From contig CABMCJ010000002.1 in the NCBI GenBank assembly GCA_902384585.1, positions 15,062-79,061 of the forward strand: DNA of 64,000 bases, given 5' to 3'. Numbering within the stretch: position 1 is the stretch's first letter; every line of letters begins with the position of its first letter. A program made the position numbers and the translations under genes. This DNA is from Candidatus Anstonella stagnisolia (GTDB taxonomy: Archaea > Micrarchaeota > Micrarchaeia > Anstonellales > Anstonellaceae). Below are positions 53,793 to 62,815 of this stretch, piece after piece. Under the pieces are notes generated by a model that was not told where the DNA came from, made no database searches, and saw nothing but the letters and a program-made list of their open reading frames with translations.

Positions 53793-55034
53793 ATGCGGCT
53801 TGAAAAAGAGGACAGCGAGCTTTACCACTTTATGAAATTGGAACTCCAGCGCCAGCGCGAGGGGCTTGAGCTTATACCTTCTGAGAATTTCACGTCCCTT
53901 GCTGTAATGGAGGCGCAGGGAAGCGTTCTTACAAACAAATATTCCGAAGGATACCCCGGGAAAAGGTATTATGGGGGGAACGAATTCGTGGATGAGTGCG
54001 AAAAGCTTGCGATTGAGAGGATGAAAAAGCTTTTCGGGGCGCAGCATGCGAACGTGCAATCGCACGCTGGCAGCCAGGCGAACATGGCGGCGTATTTTGC
54101 GCTTTTGCAGCCAGGGGAGAAAATAATGGGGCTTAACCTCTCGCATGGGGGGCACCTTACGCATGGGTCTCCGGTAAATTTCTCAGGGAAGCTGTACAAG
54201 ATAATAGCGTATAATGTGGACCCGAAAACGCACCTTTTGGACTATGATGTGATTGAGAAGCAGGCAATTGCGGAAAAGCCCGAGGTGCTTGTTGCGGGGT
54301 ACACTGCGTATCCGCGCACGATTGATTTCAAGAGGTTTAGGGAAATTGCGGACAGGTCGGACTCGTACTTTATGGTGGATATGGCGCATATCGCAGGGCT
54401 TATTGCAGGTGGCGCGCACCCTTCTCCCATACCGTATGCGGACGTTGTCACTACTACCACGCACAAGACGCTTAGGGGACCGCGTGGCGCTGCAATATTG
54501 TGCAAGAGCGAGTATGCGGTGCAAATAGACAAGGCGGTTTTCCCTGGGATGCAGGGCGGGCCGTTTGACCATGCGATTGCGGCGAAGGCAGTGTGCTTCA
54601 AGGAGGCTGCAACGGCGGAATTTGGAAAATATGCGCACGCAATTGTGGAGAATGCGAACGCGCTTGCAAGCGGGCTTCTTGAGGAGGGGTTCTCCCTTGT
54701 AACAGGGGGCACGGACAACCACTTGATGATAATTGACCTTACGAAAGAGGGAGTTACTGGAAAAGAGGCGCAGCTTGCACTTGATGAGTGTGCCATTACA
54801 ACGAACAAGAATACTATCCCGTATGATACTCAGTCCCCGTTTGTAACGAGTGGGATACGCCTTGGGACGCCTGCGCTCACTACAAGGGGGATGGGAAAGA
54901 AAGAGATGCGCGAAGTTGCAAGGCTCATAAGAAAGGCGATTGTGAACAAGGCGGATGCGGATGCGAAGAAGAAAATAAGGGAAGAAGTAAAAGCGCTCAC
55001 GTCCAAATTCCCGTTATATCCTGAACTTGGGTAG
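53793..55034 (+). CDS. glyA: Serine hydroxymethyltransferase
   Basis: [37 protein letters not shown] (PLP lysine). SD-like GGGGGGAG upstream. Confidence 0.95.
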   Translation: MRLEKEDSELYHFMKLELQRQREGLELIPSENFTSLAVMEAQGSVLTNKYSEGYPGKRYYGGNEFVDECEKLAIERMKKLFGAQHANVQSHAGSQANMAAYFALLQPGEKIMGLNLSHGGHLTHGSPVNFSGKLYKIIAYNVDPKTHLLDYDVIEKQAIAEKPEVLVAGYTAYPRTIDFKRFREIADRSDSYFMVDMAHIAGLIAGGAHPSPIPYADVVTTTTHKTLRGPRGAAILCKSEYAVQIDKAVFPGMQGGPFDHAIAAKAVCFKEAATAEFGKYAHAIVENANALASGLLEEGFSLVTGGTDNHLMIIDLTKEGVTGKEAQLALDECAITTNKNTIPYDTQSPFVTSGIRLGTPALTTRGMGKKEMREVARLIRKAIVNKADADAKKKIREEVKALTSKFPLYPELG

Positions 55035-55085
55035 ATGCAGGAAAAGAGCTTGGGAAGAATGCGAATCCCGAAGGGCTTGGTGCTC

Positions 55086-55982
55086 ATGGCTGCGAAAATA
55101 ATAGATGGGAAGAAAATAGCGCAGGGAATACAGGACGGGCTGAAAAAAGAAATATCTGCGCTTGGGGAAAAGCCCTGCCTTGCGATTGTGCTTGTGGGAA
55201 ACAGCCCTGCTTCTGAGACGTACGTTGCAAAGAAGTTGCAGGCGTGCAAGGAGCTTGGAATGGAGGGAGTGCTCGTGCGCTTTGATGCAGGAGTAAAACA
55301 GGCGGAACTGGAAAATAAGATAAATGAGCTTAATGCGGACTCTTCTGTTAATGCAATTCTTGTGCAGCTCCCGCTTCCTTCTCACATAAACGAGCAGGAA
55401 ATAGTAACGCTCGTGGATGCGAAAAAGGACGTGGACGGGCTGTGCCTTCTGAATGAGGGAAAGCTTTTCGCAGGAATACGCGGGCTTTATCCGTGCACCC
55501 CTCTTGGGATAGTTGAGCTTATTGAGAGCGTTGGGAAGATAGAGGGAAAGCACGCAGTTGTTGTGGGGCGCAGCAACCTTGTTGGAAAGCCTGTTGCGCT
55601 TCTTTTGCTTGCGAAAAATGCGACTGTGAGCATTTGCCACTCCAGGACGAAAAATATCGGGGAGCATACGAAAAATGCGGACATACTCGTAGTTGCGGTT
55701 GGAAAGCCAAAAACAATTGGCGCTGCAATGGTGAAAAAGGGCGCAATCGTGATTGATGTGGGCACTACGAAAGTGGATGGGAAGCTCGTAGGGGACGTTG
55801 ACTTTGAGGCTGTGAAGGAAATTGCGGGCGCGATTACGCCAGTTCCCGGGGGCGTTGGGCCCATGACGGTTGCGATGCTCGCGAGGAACGTGCTTGCGGC
55901 GTATCGGATGCAAAAAGAGGAAGCTGCAGGCGGGAAAAGGGCGGGCAGCAAAAAGAAGGAATACGTTGAGGATTTGCAGTAA
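55086..55982 (+). CDS. folD: Bifunctional 5,10-methylene-THF dehydrogenase / methenyl-THF cyclohydrolase
   Basis: From ATG 55086: KIIDGKKIA...LAIVLVGNSPASETYV...VVVGRSNLVGKPVALLLLAKNATVSICHSRT...PVPGGVGPMT. It has a short Lys-rich C-terminal extension. Confidence 0.9.
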   Translation: MAAKIIDGKKIAQGIQDGLKKEISALGEKPCLAIVLVGNSPASETYVAKKLQACKELGMEGVLVRFDAGVKQAELENKINELNADSSVNAILVQLPLPSHINEQEIVTLVDAKKDVDGLCLLNEGKLFAGIRGLYPCTPLGIVELIESVGKIEGKHAVVVGRSNLVGKPVALLLLAKNATVSICHSRTKNIGEHTKNADILVVAVGKPKTIGAAMVKKGAIVIDVGTTKVDGKLVGDVDFEAVKEIAGAITPVPGGVGPMTVAMLARNVLAAYRMQKEEAAGGKRAGSKKKEYVEDLQ

Positions 55983-56039
55983 GGGCATTTGCTTTGTGGG
56001 AAGGGCGCGCAGGTGCATAGGCTGCTTTTTGGTGCGGAA

Positions 56040-57350
56040 ATGGGATACGCCTTAGTGCTTGAAAAAATATACGCTTATTCTAAGTTTGGCTCAGTTTTGG
56101 GGCTGGAAAGGGTGCGAAAAGTCGCAAGCGCGCTTGGGAATCCGCAAAAGGGATTTGAGTGCATTATAGTGGGCGGCACGAATGGAAAGGGCTCCACTGT
56201 GAGGATGCTGGGAAGCATCCTGAAGGAGTGCGGCTTTTCTGTTGGGGAATACTATTCGCCGCAGGTTCTGGACTTTAGGGAAAGGTTCCTTGTGAACGGA
56301 AAAATGGCGGGAAAGGAAGAAATAGTGCGGGCTTTTGAGAAAGTTGAGCGGGCTGCAAAGATAGCGGGAGGAAGGCGGGCGTTTGAGAGGGTTTCAAAGA
56401 ATGCGGGCGTGCAGCTCACTTTTTTTGAACTTCTTACGTTGATGGCGTTTGAGATTTTCAAGAGGAGGAAGGTGCATTTTGCAATCCTTGAGGTTGGGCT
56501 TGGGGGAAGGGGGGACGCAGTTAATATTTGTGAGCCTGTGGTGAGCGCAATCACATCTATCGGGCTGGAACACACCGAGATACTGGGAAATACCATTGCA
56601 AAAATTGCGCATGAGAAATGCGCGATTGGAAGAAAGGGGAAATTCCTTGTATGCGGGAGGATGGATGCAAAAACAAGAGTGGTTGTGGGGAAAGAATGCA
56701 AAAAAATAGGGACAAAACCAATTTTTTTCGGAAAAGACTTTTTTGCTTCGAACGTGCGGGATGGAAGGAACGGGGCAAAATTCTTGTTGAACGCGATGAA
56801 AAGAAAAATTTGCATAAAAACCGCCATGAGGGGGGAATTCCAGGTTTCAAACGCGTCTGTAGCTGCGGTGTGCGCAATTTTGGCTGCGGATGCGCAGGAA
56901 AAGGGGATAAAACGGGGAATTTTTGATGCAAAACTGCCTGCGAGGATGGAAAGGAGGGGGAATTTGCTTTTTGACTGTGCACACAACGTGCCTGCGATAA
57001 GGGAGCTTGTGAAGGAAATTAAGCGCACTAGGAAAAGGGGGCAGAAAATCGTCTGGGTGTTTGGCGCCATGAGGGACAAGAACATTAAAAGCATGCTGGC
57101 AGAGGTTGCGACAATTGCCGATGAAATCGTGCTCACACAGGTGGATTTGGGGCGGTGCGCCACCGTCGTGGAACTGGAGAGGGAAGCGAAAGGTTTTTTT
57201 ACCCCCAGCGCTATATATAACAGTCTTGACGCACAGTCAGCGCTAGCTGCCGGAAAGGGGAGGGCGGGCGCCAGCGGACTTGTTGTAATTGCAGGCTCAA
57301 TGTACGTGCTTGCGGCTGTGCGCGGGAGAAAGCCCGGGGTTTCTATGTAG
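56040..57350 (+). CDS. folC: Folylpolyglutamate synthase / dihydrofolate synthase (Mur-ligase family)
   Basis: IVGGTNGKGST P-loop, LEVGLGGRGDAVN, and FolC-like length from ATG 56040. Confidence 0.8.
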   Translation: MGYALVLEKIYAYSKFGSVLGLERVRKVASALGNPQKGFECIIVGGTNGKGSTVRMLGSILKECGFSVGEYYSPQVLDFRERFLVNGKMAGKEEIVRAFEKVERAAKIAGGRRAFERVSKNAGVQLTFFELLTLMAFEIFKRRKVHFAILEVGLGGRGDAVNICEPVVSAITSIGLEHTEILGNTIAKIAHEKCAIGRKGKFLVCGRMDAKTRVVVGKECKKIGTKPIFFGKDFFASNVRDGRNGAKFLLNAMKRKICIKTAMRGEFQVSNASVAAVCAILAADAQEKGIKRGIFDAKLPARMERRGNLLFDCAHNVPAIRELVKEIKRTRKRGQKIVWVFGAMRDKNIKSMLAEVATIADEIVLTQVDLGRCATVVELEREAKGFFTPSAIYNSLDAQSALAAGKGRAGASGLVVIAGSMYVLAAVRGRKPGVSM

Positions 57351-57366
57351 AAACGTTAGTGATTAG

Positions 57367-58554
57367 ATGAAGGACGAAATAAGAAAACAGGTAAAGCAGG
57401 TGCGAAGCGAGCACCATGCTGCATGGGGCGAAAAGCAGTCCGGGGAGATTGCAAAGCGGCTAATGGAATTGCCGCAGTTCAAGTCTGCGAAAACGGTTTT
57501 CCTTTATTCTTCAGTAGGCAGCGAAGTAATGACACAGGCGCTCATTGCACAGTGCTTTGCAGCCGGAAAAAAAGTGTGCCTGCCTGCCACAAGGGAGGAG
57601 CCAAAAAGGCTGCTTGCGTGCGAGGTAAGCAAGGATGAAAAGCTTGAGCCAAAGGTATTTGGGATACCTGAGCCGGTTTCGTGCAAGGAGGTAAGCCCGA
57701 CTTCGATTGATTTTGTAGTGGTGCCGGGCATTGCGTTTGACAGGATGGGCAACAGGCTGGGTTACGGGGGAGGGTATTACGACTCTTTCCTGCACAAAAT
57801 CGGGGCTACAAAGGTCGGGATTGCGTACTCCGCGCAATTCATAGACAGGGTGCCAGTAAAGGACACGGATGTGCCGGTTGATTTCATAGTTACGGAAAAA
57901 GAGGTAATTGACTGCCAGGAAGAAGTGCGCGCGCATGCTGCAAACCAGAACGTGCAGAAAATAAGGGTGGTTGTGATGGCATCCGGGCGCGGCAGCGACT
58001 TCCAGGCAATACTTGACGGGGTTGGGAGGGGCGCCGTGCGCGCCGAGATAGTGGGGCTTATTGCGGACAATCCGGATGCGTATGCGATAGAAAGGGCAAA
58101 AATGCACAATGTGCCTTATTTTGTGCTTGAGGAAAAGAAATACGGGAGCCGGGAAAAGCTTGACGAGGCGATAAAGGAAAAGCTTGATTCGCTCAATGCT
58201 GGCCTTGTTGTGCTTGCGGGATACATGAAAATAATAAAGTGCAAGGCACTTCTTGGGGCGTACGAAGGGAAAATGATAAACATACACCCCTCCCTTCTTC
58301 CAAAGTACCCTGGGGCGCATGCGCAGCAGGATGCGTTTGAGGCGCACGAGCAAACAAGCGGATTCACGATACATTTTGTGGACGATTCGCTTGACGGCGG
58401 GCCCATTATATACCAGGAAAAAGTGGACATTTCGGACTGCAAGAGCGCGCAGGACGTTTCAGATCGGATACTTGCACGAGAGCACGTGGGCTTGCCCAAA
58501 ATAGTGGACGGGTTTGCGCGAGGGCAGTACAAGTACGCGAAAAGGAAGCAGTGA
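57367..58554 (+). CDS. Fusion protein: 5-formyltetrahydrofolate cyclo-ligase (N) + phosphoribosylglycinamide formyltransferase PurN (C)
   Basis: N half: VPGIAFDRMGNRLGYGGGYYDSFL (MTHFS signature). C half: IRVVVMASGRGSDFQAILDG, INIHPSLLPKYPG, SGFTIHFVDDSLDGGPIIYQ (PurN Asn/His/Asp site). Single uninterrupted 395-aa ORF. Confidence 0.85.
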   Translation: MKDEIRKQVKQVRSEHHAAWGEKQSGEIAKRLMELPQFKSAKTVFLYSSVGSEVMTQALIAQCFAAGKKVCLPATREEPKRLLACEVSKDEKLEPKVFGIPEPVSCKEVSPTSIDFVVVPGIAFDRMGNRLGYGGGYYDSFLHKIGATKVGIAYSAQFIDRVPVKDTDVPVDFIVTEKEVIDCQEEVRAHAANQNVQKIRVVVMASGRGSDFQAILDGVGRGAVRAEIVGLIADNPDAYAIERAKMHNVPYFVLEEKKYGSREKLDEAIKEKLDSLNAGLVVLAGYMKIIKCKALLGAYEGKMINIHPSLLPKYPGAHAQQDAFEAHEQTSGFTIHFVDDSLDGGPIIYQEKVDISDCKSAQDVSDRILAREHVGLPKIVDGFARGQYKYAKRKQ

Positions 58555-58617
58555 GTTTTCTCAAATCTCCTCGTTTTTTAAAGTTTCCAGTAGTATGTGC
58601 TCTAATGATGTGGAAGC

Positions 58618-59238
58618 ATGATAGGAAAGTTCGTTGCGTGGATAAAGAAATTGCTATTTAGGAGAAAGCGCCTACGCTTGGGGCTCTATGGGAGCACTAA
58701 CGTCGGCAAAACAACGCTTGCGAACCGCATTTGCATTGATTTGATAGGCGAGCCCATGGGCGAAGTGTCCATAATACCGCACGAGACAAGGCTCGTGCAG
58801 CAAAAAGAGAAAATCACGCTCAAGGCGAGCAACCTTGCGCTTTCGCTTAACCTCCTTGACATGCCGGGGATTGCCGTGAAAGTGGACTATCGGGACTTCA
58901 TGCAATACGGGCTCACGCAAAAAGAGGCGCAGGCGCGTGCGCGCGAAGCAACAAAGGGCATAATAGAGGCAGTAAGGTACATTGAGAACGTGGATGCCGC
59001 TCTCCTTGTTGTGGATGCGACTGAAGACCCGTACACGCAGGTGAACATTACGATACTTGGGAACCTTGAGGCGCGCGGGGTGCCAGTAATGATAATTGCG
59101 AATAAAATAGACTTGGCATCTGCGAACGTAAAGCGCATAAGGGACGCTTTCCCGCAATATCCTGTTGTTGAAATTTCCGCTATTACTGGGGAGAACATTC
59201 CCAAGCTTTACGAGGCAATAGCGCAGAGGCTTGTGTAG
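58618..59238 (+). CDS. Small GTP-binding protein
   Basis: G1 GSTNVGKTTL, G3 LLDMPG, G4 NKID, G5 ISAITG. 206 aa. Confidence 0.75.
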   Translation: MIGKFVAWIKKLLFRRKRLRLGLYGSTNVGKTTLANRICIDLIGEPMGEVSIIPHETRLVQQKEKITLKASNLALSLNLLDMPGIAVKVDYRDFMQYGLTQKEAQARAREATKGIIEAVRYIENVDAALLVVDATEDPYTQVNITILGNLEARGVPVMIIANKIDLASANVKRIRDAFPQYPVVEISAITGENIPKLYEAIAQRLV

Positions 59239-59360
59239 TCAACAACCCTCGCCTAAAGGCGCGGGCTTGAGAATGCAGAACAAAAATGAATGAGGCGAAT
59301 GGATAAATGCCGCGCCTTTACCCGCCGCAGGCGGGCTTGGGCGCGGGTTGTTGTGATTTT

Positions 59361-59999
59361 ATGCACACTTGCATGCGCTGCGGCCGCATAATAAAGACGA
59401 TGCTTGAAATGCAGGACGGCTGCACGTGCGGGTCCAAGGCGTTTATTTTTACCAAAAGCCACGAGGATGAGATTGTATTGCCCAGCCCGTGCACAACTCC
59501 CGCAGTTAATGTGCCTGAGAAAACCGTTGAAACGCAGAAAACGGAAAACATTGCGGAAAATAAAATTGCAGAAAAAGTAATTGCACCGGCGCAGGAAATT
59601 AAAGTAACCGGGGCTGCGCCTGCTGAAAATGTTGCTGCGCAGGCCGTAAAAGCGCCAGAAAATCCCGTTGCTGAAGTGGAAGAAAAAGATGGGCAGGCGC
59701 CTTCTTTGCCACCCGTTATAGACGGGTTTGAAGCTGAAGGGGAATTTTTCATAAAGCCTATTGTTACGCCCAAAGGCGATGGGTTTGAAATCGAGAACGT
59801 GAGGCTGCTTGAGAGCGGGGTATTTGAGGTGGACGTTCTTTCGCTTGCGAAAAACCCCCTTGTGCTAAAAGACCAGAACGACGTGTATTATGTGAAGCTG
59901 CCGCTTTCGAAGGACATTTCTTTTTTGGGAAACGGGAAAATTGAGAAGGAAGAGAAGAAGGCGGAGAACAAGGCGGATGCTGCAAAGCCTGAGAATTAA
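59361..59999 (+). CDS. Zn-ribbon protein (archaeal DUF2072-like) partnered with the GTPase
   Basis: From ATG 59361: MHTCMRCGRIIKTMLEMQDGCTCGSKAF (C-x2-C ... C-x-C), an Ala/Glu/Pro/Val-rich linker, and a conserved-looking C-terminal domain (FEIENVRLLESGVFEVDVLSL). The family name is from memory. Confidence 0.5.
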   Translation: MHTCMRCGRIIKTMLEMQDGCTCGSKAFIFTKSHEDEIVLPSPCTTPAVNVPEKTVETQKTENIAENKIAEKVIAPAQEIKVTGAAPAENVAAQAVKAPENPVAEVEEKDGQAPSLPPVIDGFEAEGEFFIKPIVTPKGDGFEIENVRLLESGVFEVDVLSLAKNPLVLKDQNDVYYVKLPLSKDISFLGNGKIEKEEKKAENKADAAKPEN

Positions 60000-60433
60000 A
60001 CGTCAAGAAGTATGCGGATTGTGCATTTTCCCTTTTCCTCTTTTAGCATGAATTCGTGGAACGTTACTGCCTTTATTGCGTCGCGCGGCTGCTTTTTCTC
60101 CCCGTATGCGGTTAAGGAAAGGGAATTCTCTTTTTCATCAAGTGCAGTAATTTGCACCCTGCTTATCACCATTTCCTTTGCCTCTGCGTTGGAAAGGAGA
60201 GCGGAAAGCGTGTATACCACAAGCTCCTCCGGGCTTCGTGCGCGCTCGTGGAGCGTGAAACTCTCTTTTTCCTGCGCATGCCCCATTATGGAAAACATTG
60301 CATGCGCCGCATTCTCAAGCGCCTCTTTGAAATCCTTTCCCCATGCCTCGAACATTATGTCTGCGGTGTGGTCAAGGAAAACGTAGGGTTTGCCGGCAGG
60401 CTTGGAACTCTTTTTTTCTTTCTTTTCTTTCAT
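59996..60433 (-). CDS. Archease (RtcB tRNA-ligase cofactor)
   Basis: From ATG 60433: YVFLDHTADIMFEAWGKDFKEALENAAHAMF..., the canonical archease N-terminus. About 145 aa. Confidence 0.85.
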   Translation of the reverse strand: MKEKKEKKSSKPAGKPYVFLDHTADIMFEAWGKDFKEALENAAHAMFSIMGHAQEKESFTLHERARSPEELVVYTLSALLSNAEAKEMVISRVQITALDEKENSLSLTAYGEKKQPRDAIKAVTFHEFMLKEEKGKCTIRILLDV

Positions 60434-60484
60434 AGTTGTTCTTTTGTGCGGGAGGTTAATAATTCTTGAGTGAGAAAGAGAAGC

Positions 60485-61645
60485 ATGGCACTTATAGGGG
60501 ACTTTGCAAAGGAACTGGCACACACGCCCAAAATGCTTGTGGATGACGAGGTTATGCAGCGAATGCTGCCTTCAATGCAGGAGGCTGCTAAAAAGCTCTC
60601 TGACGCCGCGAAAAAAGGCAGGAGCGTTCTAGTGCGATTCCATTGTGATGCGGATGGGATTACGAGCGGGGTTGCGCTTTACAACGCGCTGCGCGGTGCG
60701 CGCATGTCCATTGTGCAAAACAATTCTGCTGTTTATGAGGTGAAAGAGGCTGTGCGGGACTTGAGCGGCGTGCTGGGGCAGCAGAACGCGCTTTTTGTGC
60801 TTGCGGATTTTGGGGCGAATGAGGAGAGCGCAGAGGCGCTTTCCCTCCTGAAAGCTGCGGGAATTGAAATCCTTGTGATAGACCACCATCCACCCGCGCA
60901 AAAAACCGTTGCGCTTCTTTCGCACTTTGTTTCCCCGCACAAAGATGGGATGAACGGAACTTCGGACTATGCTGCGGGTTTCCTTTGCGCGCACATTGCA
61001 AAAATTGCGGGCGCAAACGAGGAGTTCATGGATGAGCTTGCGGGAATTTCGCTTATTGGGGACAAGAGCAAATTCGCATCAACAAATGAAGAGTTTGTGA
61101 AAAAGGCGCTTGTGCTGGACTATCTTTCATCTTTTGGGAATTTCCCAAACGCAGGGGAATTTTACACAAAAATGCTATTGAAAAAAGAGCTGTGGATGGA
61201 ATTTTATACCAAAGCGCAGGAGAAAATTGATGAGGTAAGAAAGCAGGCTGCTGCGGTGTGCAAAAAGAGCGAGGAAAACGGAATCGGGATAATTGTTGTG
61301 CCCCTTGAAAAGCTTGCGCCAACTTCTGAGAAATTTGAGTTTCCCTCAAAAGGAAAAGTGTGCGGCATTGCGTTTGAGGCGCTGCGTGATGAGGGAAAAG
61401 CATTTGTGGGGATTGGGCACTCAAAGAAAACAGTGAATTTCAGGGCAAGCAGGGAAGCAACTTCAAAGGGATTTTCTGCAAGGAAAATTATTGGGGAGCT
61501 TAAATTGGAACTTCCAAACTGTATAGAGGCAGGCGGCGGGCACGATGCTGCCGCGAGCATGAGGATACGCGAGGAGTGCGAGGGAATCGTGCTTGAGGCT
61601 GCGCTGAAGAAAACTAAAGAATGGGCTGCGGGCGCAAAGAATTAG
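60485..61645 (+). CDS. DHH/DHHA1-family phosphoesterase (archaeal RecJ/GAN- or NrnA-like)
   Basis: Motifs HCDADGITSG (DxD), VLADFG, LVIDHHP (DHH), and GGGHDAAASM (DHHA1 GGGH). Confidence 0.7.
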   Translation: MALIGDFAKELAHTPKMLVDDEVMQRMLPSMQEAAKKLSDAAKKGRSVLVRFHCDADGITSGVALYNALRGARMSIVQNNSAVYEVKEAVRDLSGVLGQQNALFVLADFGANEESAEALSLLKAAGIEILVIDHHPPAQKTVALLSHFVSPHKDGMNGTSDYAAGFLCAHIAKIAGANEEFMDELAGISLIGDKSKFASTNEEFVKKALVLDYLSSFGNFPNAGEFYTKMLLKKELWMEFYTKAQEKIDEVRKQAAAVCKKSEENGIGIIVVPLEKLAPTSEKFEFPSKGKVCGIAFEALRDEGKAFVGIGHSKKTVNFRASREATSKGFSARKIIGELKLELPNCIEAGGGHDAAASMRIREECEGIVLEAALKKTKEWAAGAKN

Positions 61646-61685
61646 GGCGTGCAGAAAACTAAAGGGCGTGCAAAAGCTGCTTAAA

Positions 61686-62621
61686 TTAGAGTGTTCCGCT
61701 TGCGATTATGCGCGGGCGGGATTCGTAATCCGCAAGAAGGAAGCGGCTGTTTTTCTCGTATGCGATTTCCTTGTGCAGTTTGAGCGTAAGTGCACCGCTT
61801 GTGCCGGGCTTTATTTCGCTTCCCTCTACGGTTGCGGGCGTGCTCTGCATTCCTTCCCAGAGGTGGAGTATCTTGCCTGCGAAAAGCGGGCCTTTTGAGA
61901 ATTTTGAAAGGGTTACGTTCAGTGTAAGGGAATTTGATTTTTGGAGCGTGCCTGCACTGCACAGGTAGTTTCCCCTTCCTGCTTCTTCGGGTTCTACGCC
62001 CTTGAGGCATGCTCCCAGGCGAGCGCCAGAGGGGGCGGATTTCACGTCGTTATCGTGCATCTGGATGGAGCGGATTTGCGCTTTTTTGCCAAGTGGCATC
62101 ACTTCGAGGTCGTCGTGCACGTCTATTGAGCCGCTAAGGACTACGCCAAGCGCGACCGTGCCCACGCCCTTTACTGCAAAGCAGCTGTCTATGAGCGCTT
62201 TCTTTGGGGAAGCGGCATAAGAGTGCGTAAGGGAAAGGAAGCGCGTGCGCACTGCGTTTGCATCGTTTTCAAGCTCCTCGTATTTTTCAAGCGAAGTGCC
62301 CTTTATGAAAGGCGCAAGTTCCTCCTTTGAAACCCCGTCGTATATTATGAAGCCTGGGAGATTTGAGCAGTTGAGCGCAACTATGCACTCTGCCAAATCC
62401 TTGTCAAGTGAGCGCGTTATGAGGAGGGCGTGCGAGCAGAGCGCAATCGCATTGAGAAGGCTTTGCGCCTTGTCTGGGTAAGAGTAGGGCTCGCAGAGAG
62501 TGAGGATTTTTTCGCCCTCTTTTAGCCCGTAAAGCGTGATGTCGGATTCGGAATTCTTTTTCCCGATTTGCTTTGCAAGCTCGCGCCTTGAGTCAATTAT
62601 GAGGATGTTTGAGGATGTCAT
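61686..62621 (-). CDS. EF-Tu/SelB-like protein with degenerate G domain
   Basis: The central FAVKGVGTVALGVVLSGSIDVHDDLEVMPLGKKAQIRSIQMHDNDVKSAPSGARLG is a classic EF-Tu domain-2 beta-barrel. The N-terminal region of about 140 aa has no P-loop (ILIIDSRRELAKQIGKKNSESD) and no NKxD. Confidence 0.45.
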   Translation of the reverse strand: MTSSNILIIDSRRELAKQIGKKNSESDITLYGLKEGEKILTLCEPYSYPDKAQSLLNAIALCSHALLITRSLDKDLAECIVALNCSNLPGFIIYDGVSKEELAPFIKGTSLEKYEELENDANAVRTRFLSLTHSYAASPKKALIDSCFAVKGVGTVALGVVLSGSIDVHDDLEVMPLGKKAQIRSIQMHDNDVKSAPSGARLGACLKGVEPEEAGRGNYLCSAGTLQKSNSLTLNVTLSKFSKGPLFAGKILHLWEGMQSTPATVEGSEIKPGTSGALTLKLHKEIAYEKNSRFLLADYESRPRIIASGTL

Positions 62622-62642
62622 GGAATCACGTTTGGAATAAAA

Positions 62643-62759
62643 TGCACCTGCCGGGATTGTCAGCCGAAGGCTGGCAACAAGTTGTTGCCAAACAACGGCG
62701 TTTGAACCCGGGTCGCGAGCTTGGGAAGCTCATATCCTACCAGGCTGGACTACAGGTGC
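62643..62759 (-). tRNA. tRNA-Gly (CCC) with a 44-nt non-canonical intron in the T-loop (about position 59/60)
   Basis: Minus strand: GCACCTG-TA-GTCC-AGCCTGGTA-GGAT-A-TGAGC-TTCCCAA-GCTCG-CGAC-CCGGG-TTCAAA[44 nt]T-CCCGG-CAGGTGC-A. The acceptor stem is perfect. 5' exon 62759-62701, intron 62700-62657, 3' exon 62656-62643. Confidence 0.85.
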
Positions 62760-62785
62760 GTATGGAAACCTTATGCACCTTAGTT

Positions 62786-62793
62786 TATTTAAA
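62786..62793 (-). promoter_or_regulatory. TATA box candidate for tRNA-Gly(CCC), possibly shared with the divergent kinase gene
   Basis: The minus strand reads TTTAAATA 27-34 nt upstream of the tRNA 5' end (62759). The same A/T box lies 23-30 nt upstream of ATG 62816 on the plus strand. Confidence 0.45.
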
Positions 62794-62815
62794 CGCTAGG
62801 GGGGTTGTTTATGCA

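Noticed and set aside
53724-54164. Long N-terminal extensions in the track's maximal ORFs. Affected genes are purB (to 54164), trmB (to 22502), GT2 (to 24512), pilin copy 1 (from 24180), 18436 gene (to 19926), cca (to 40850), archease (to 60523), folD (from 55035), folC (from 55989), rpe (to 48699) and 3768 gene (to 5942).
   Set aside because: The extensions overlap divergent neighbours or promoters and have junk-like composition. The family-typical N-terminus or signal peptide begins at an internal ATG that has a TATA or SD signal at the right distance.
58600-58612. AATGATGT upstream of the GTPase gene, a possible C box.
   Set aside because: The last box position is wrong, no CTGA lies 12 nt downstream, and no C'/D pair follows.
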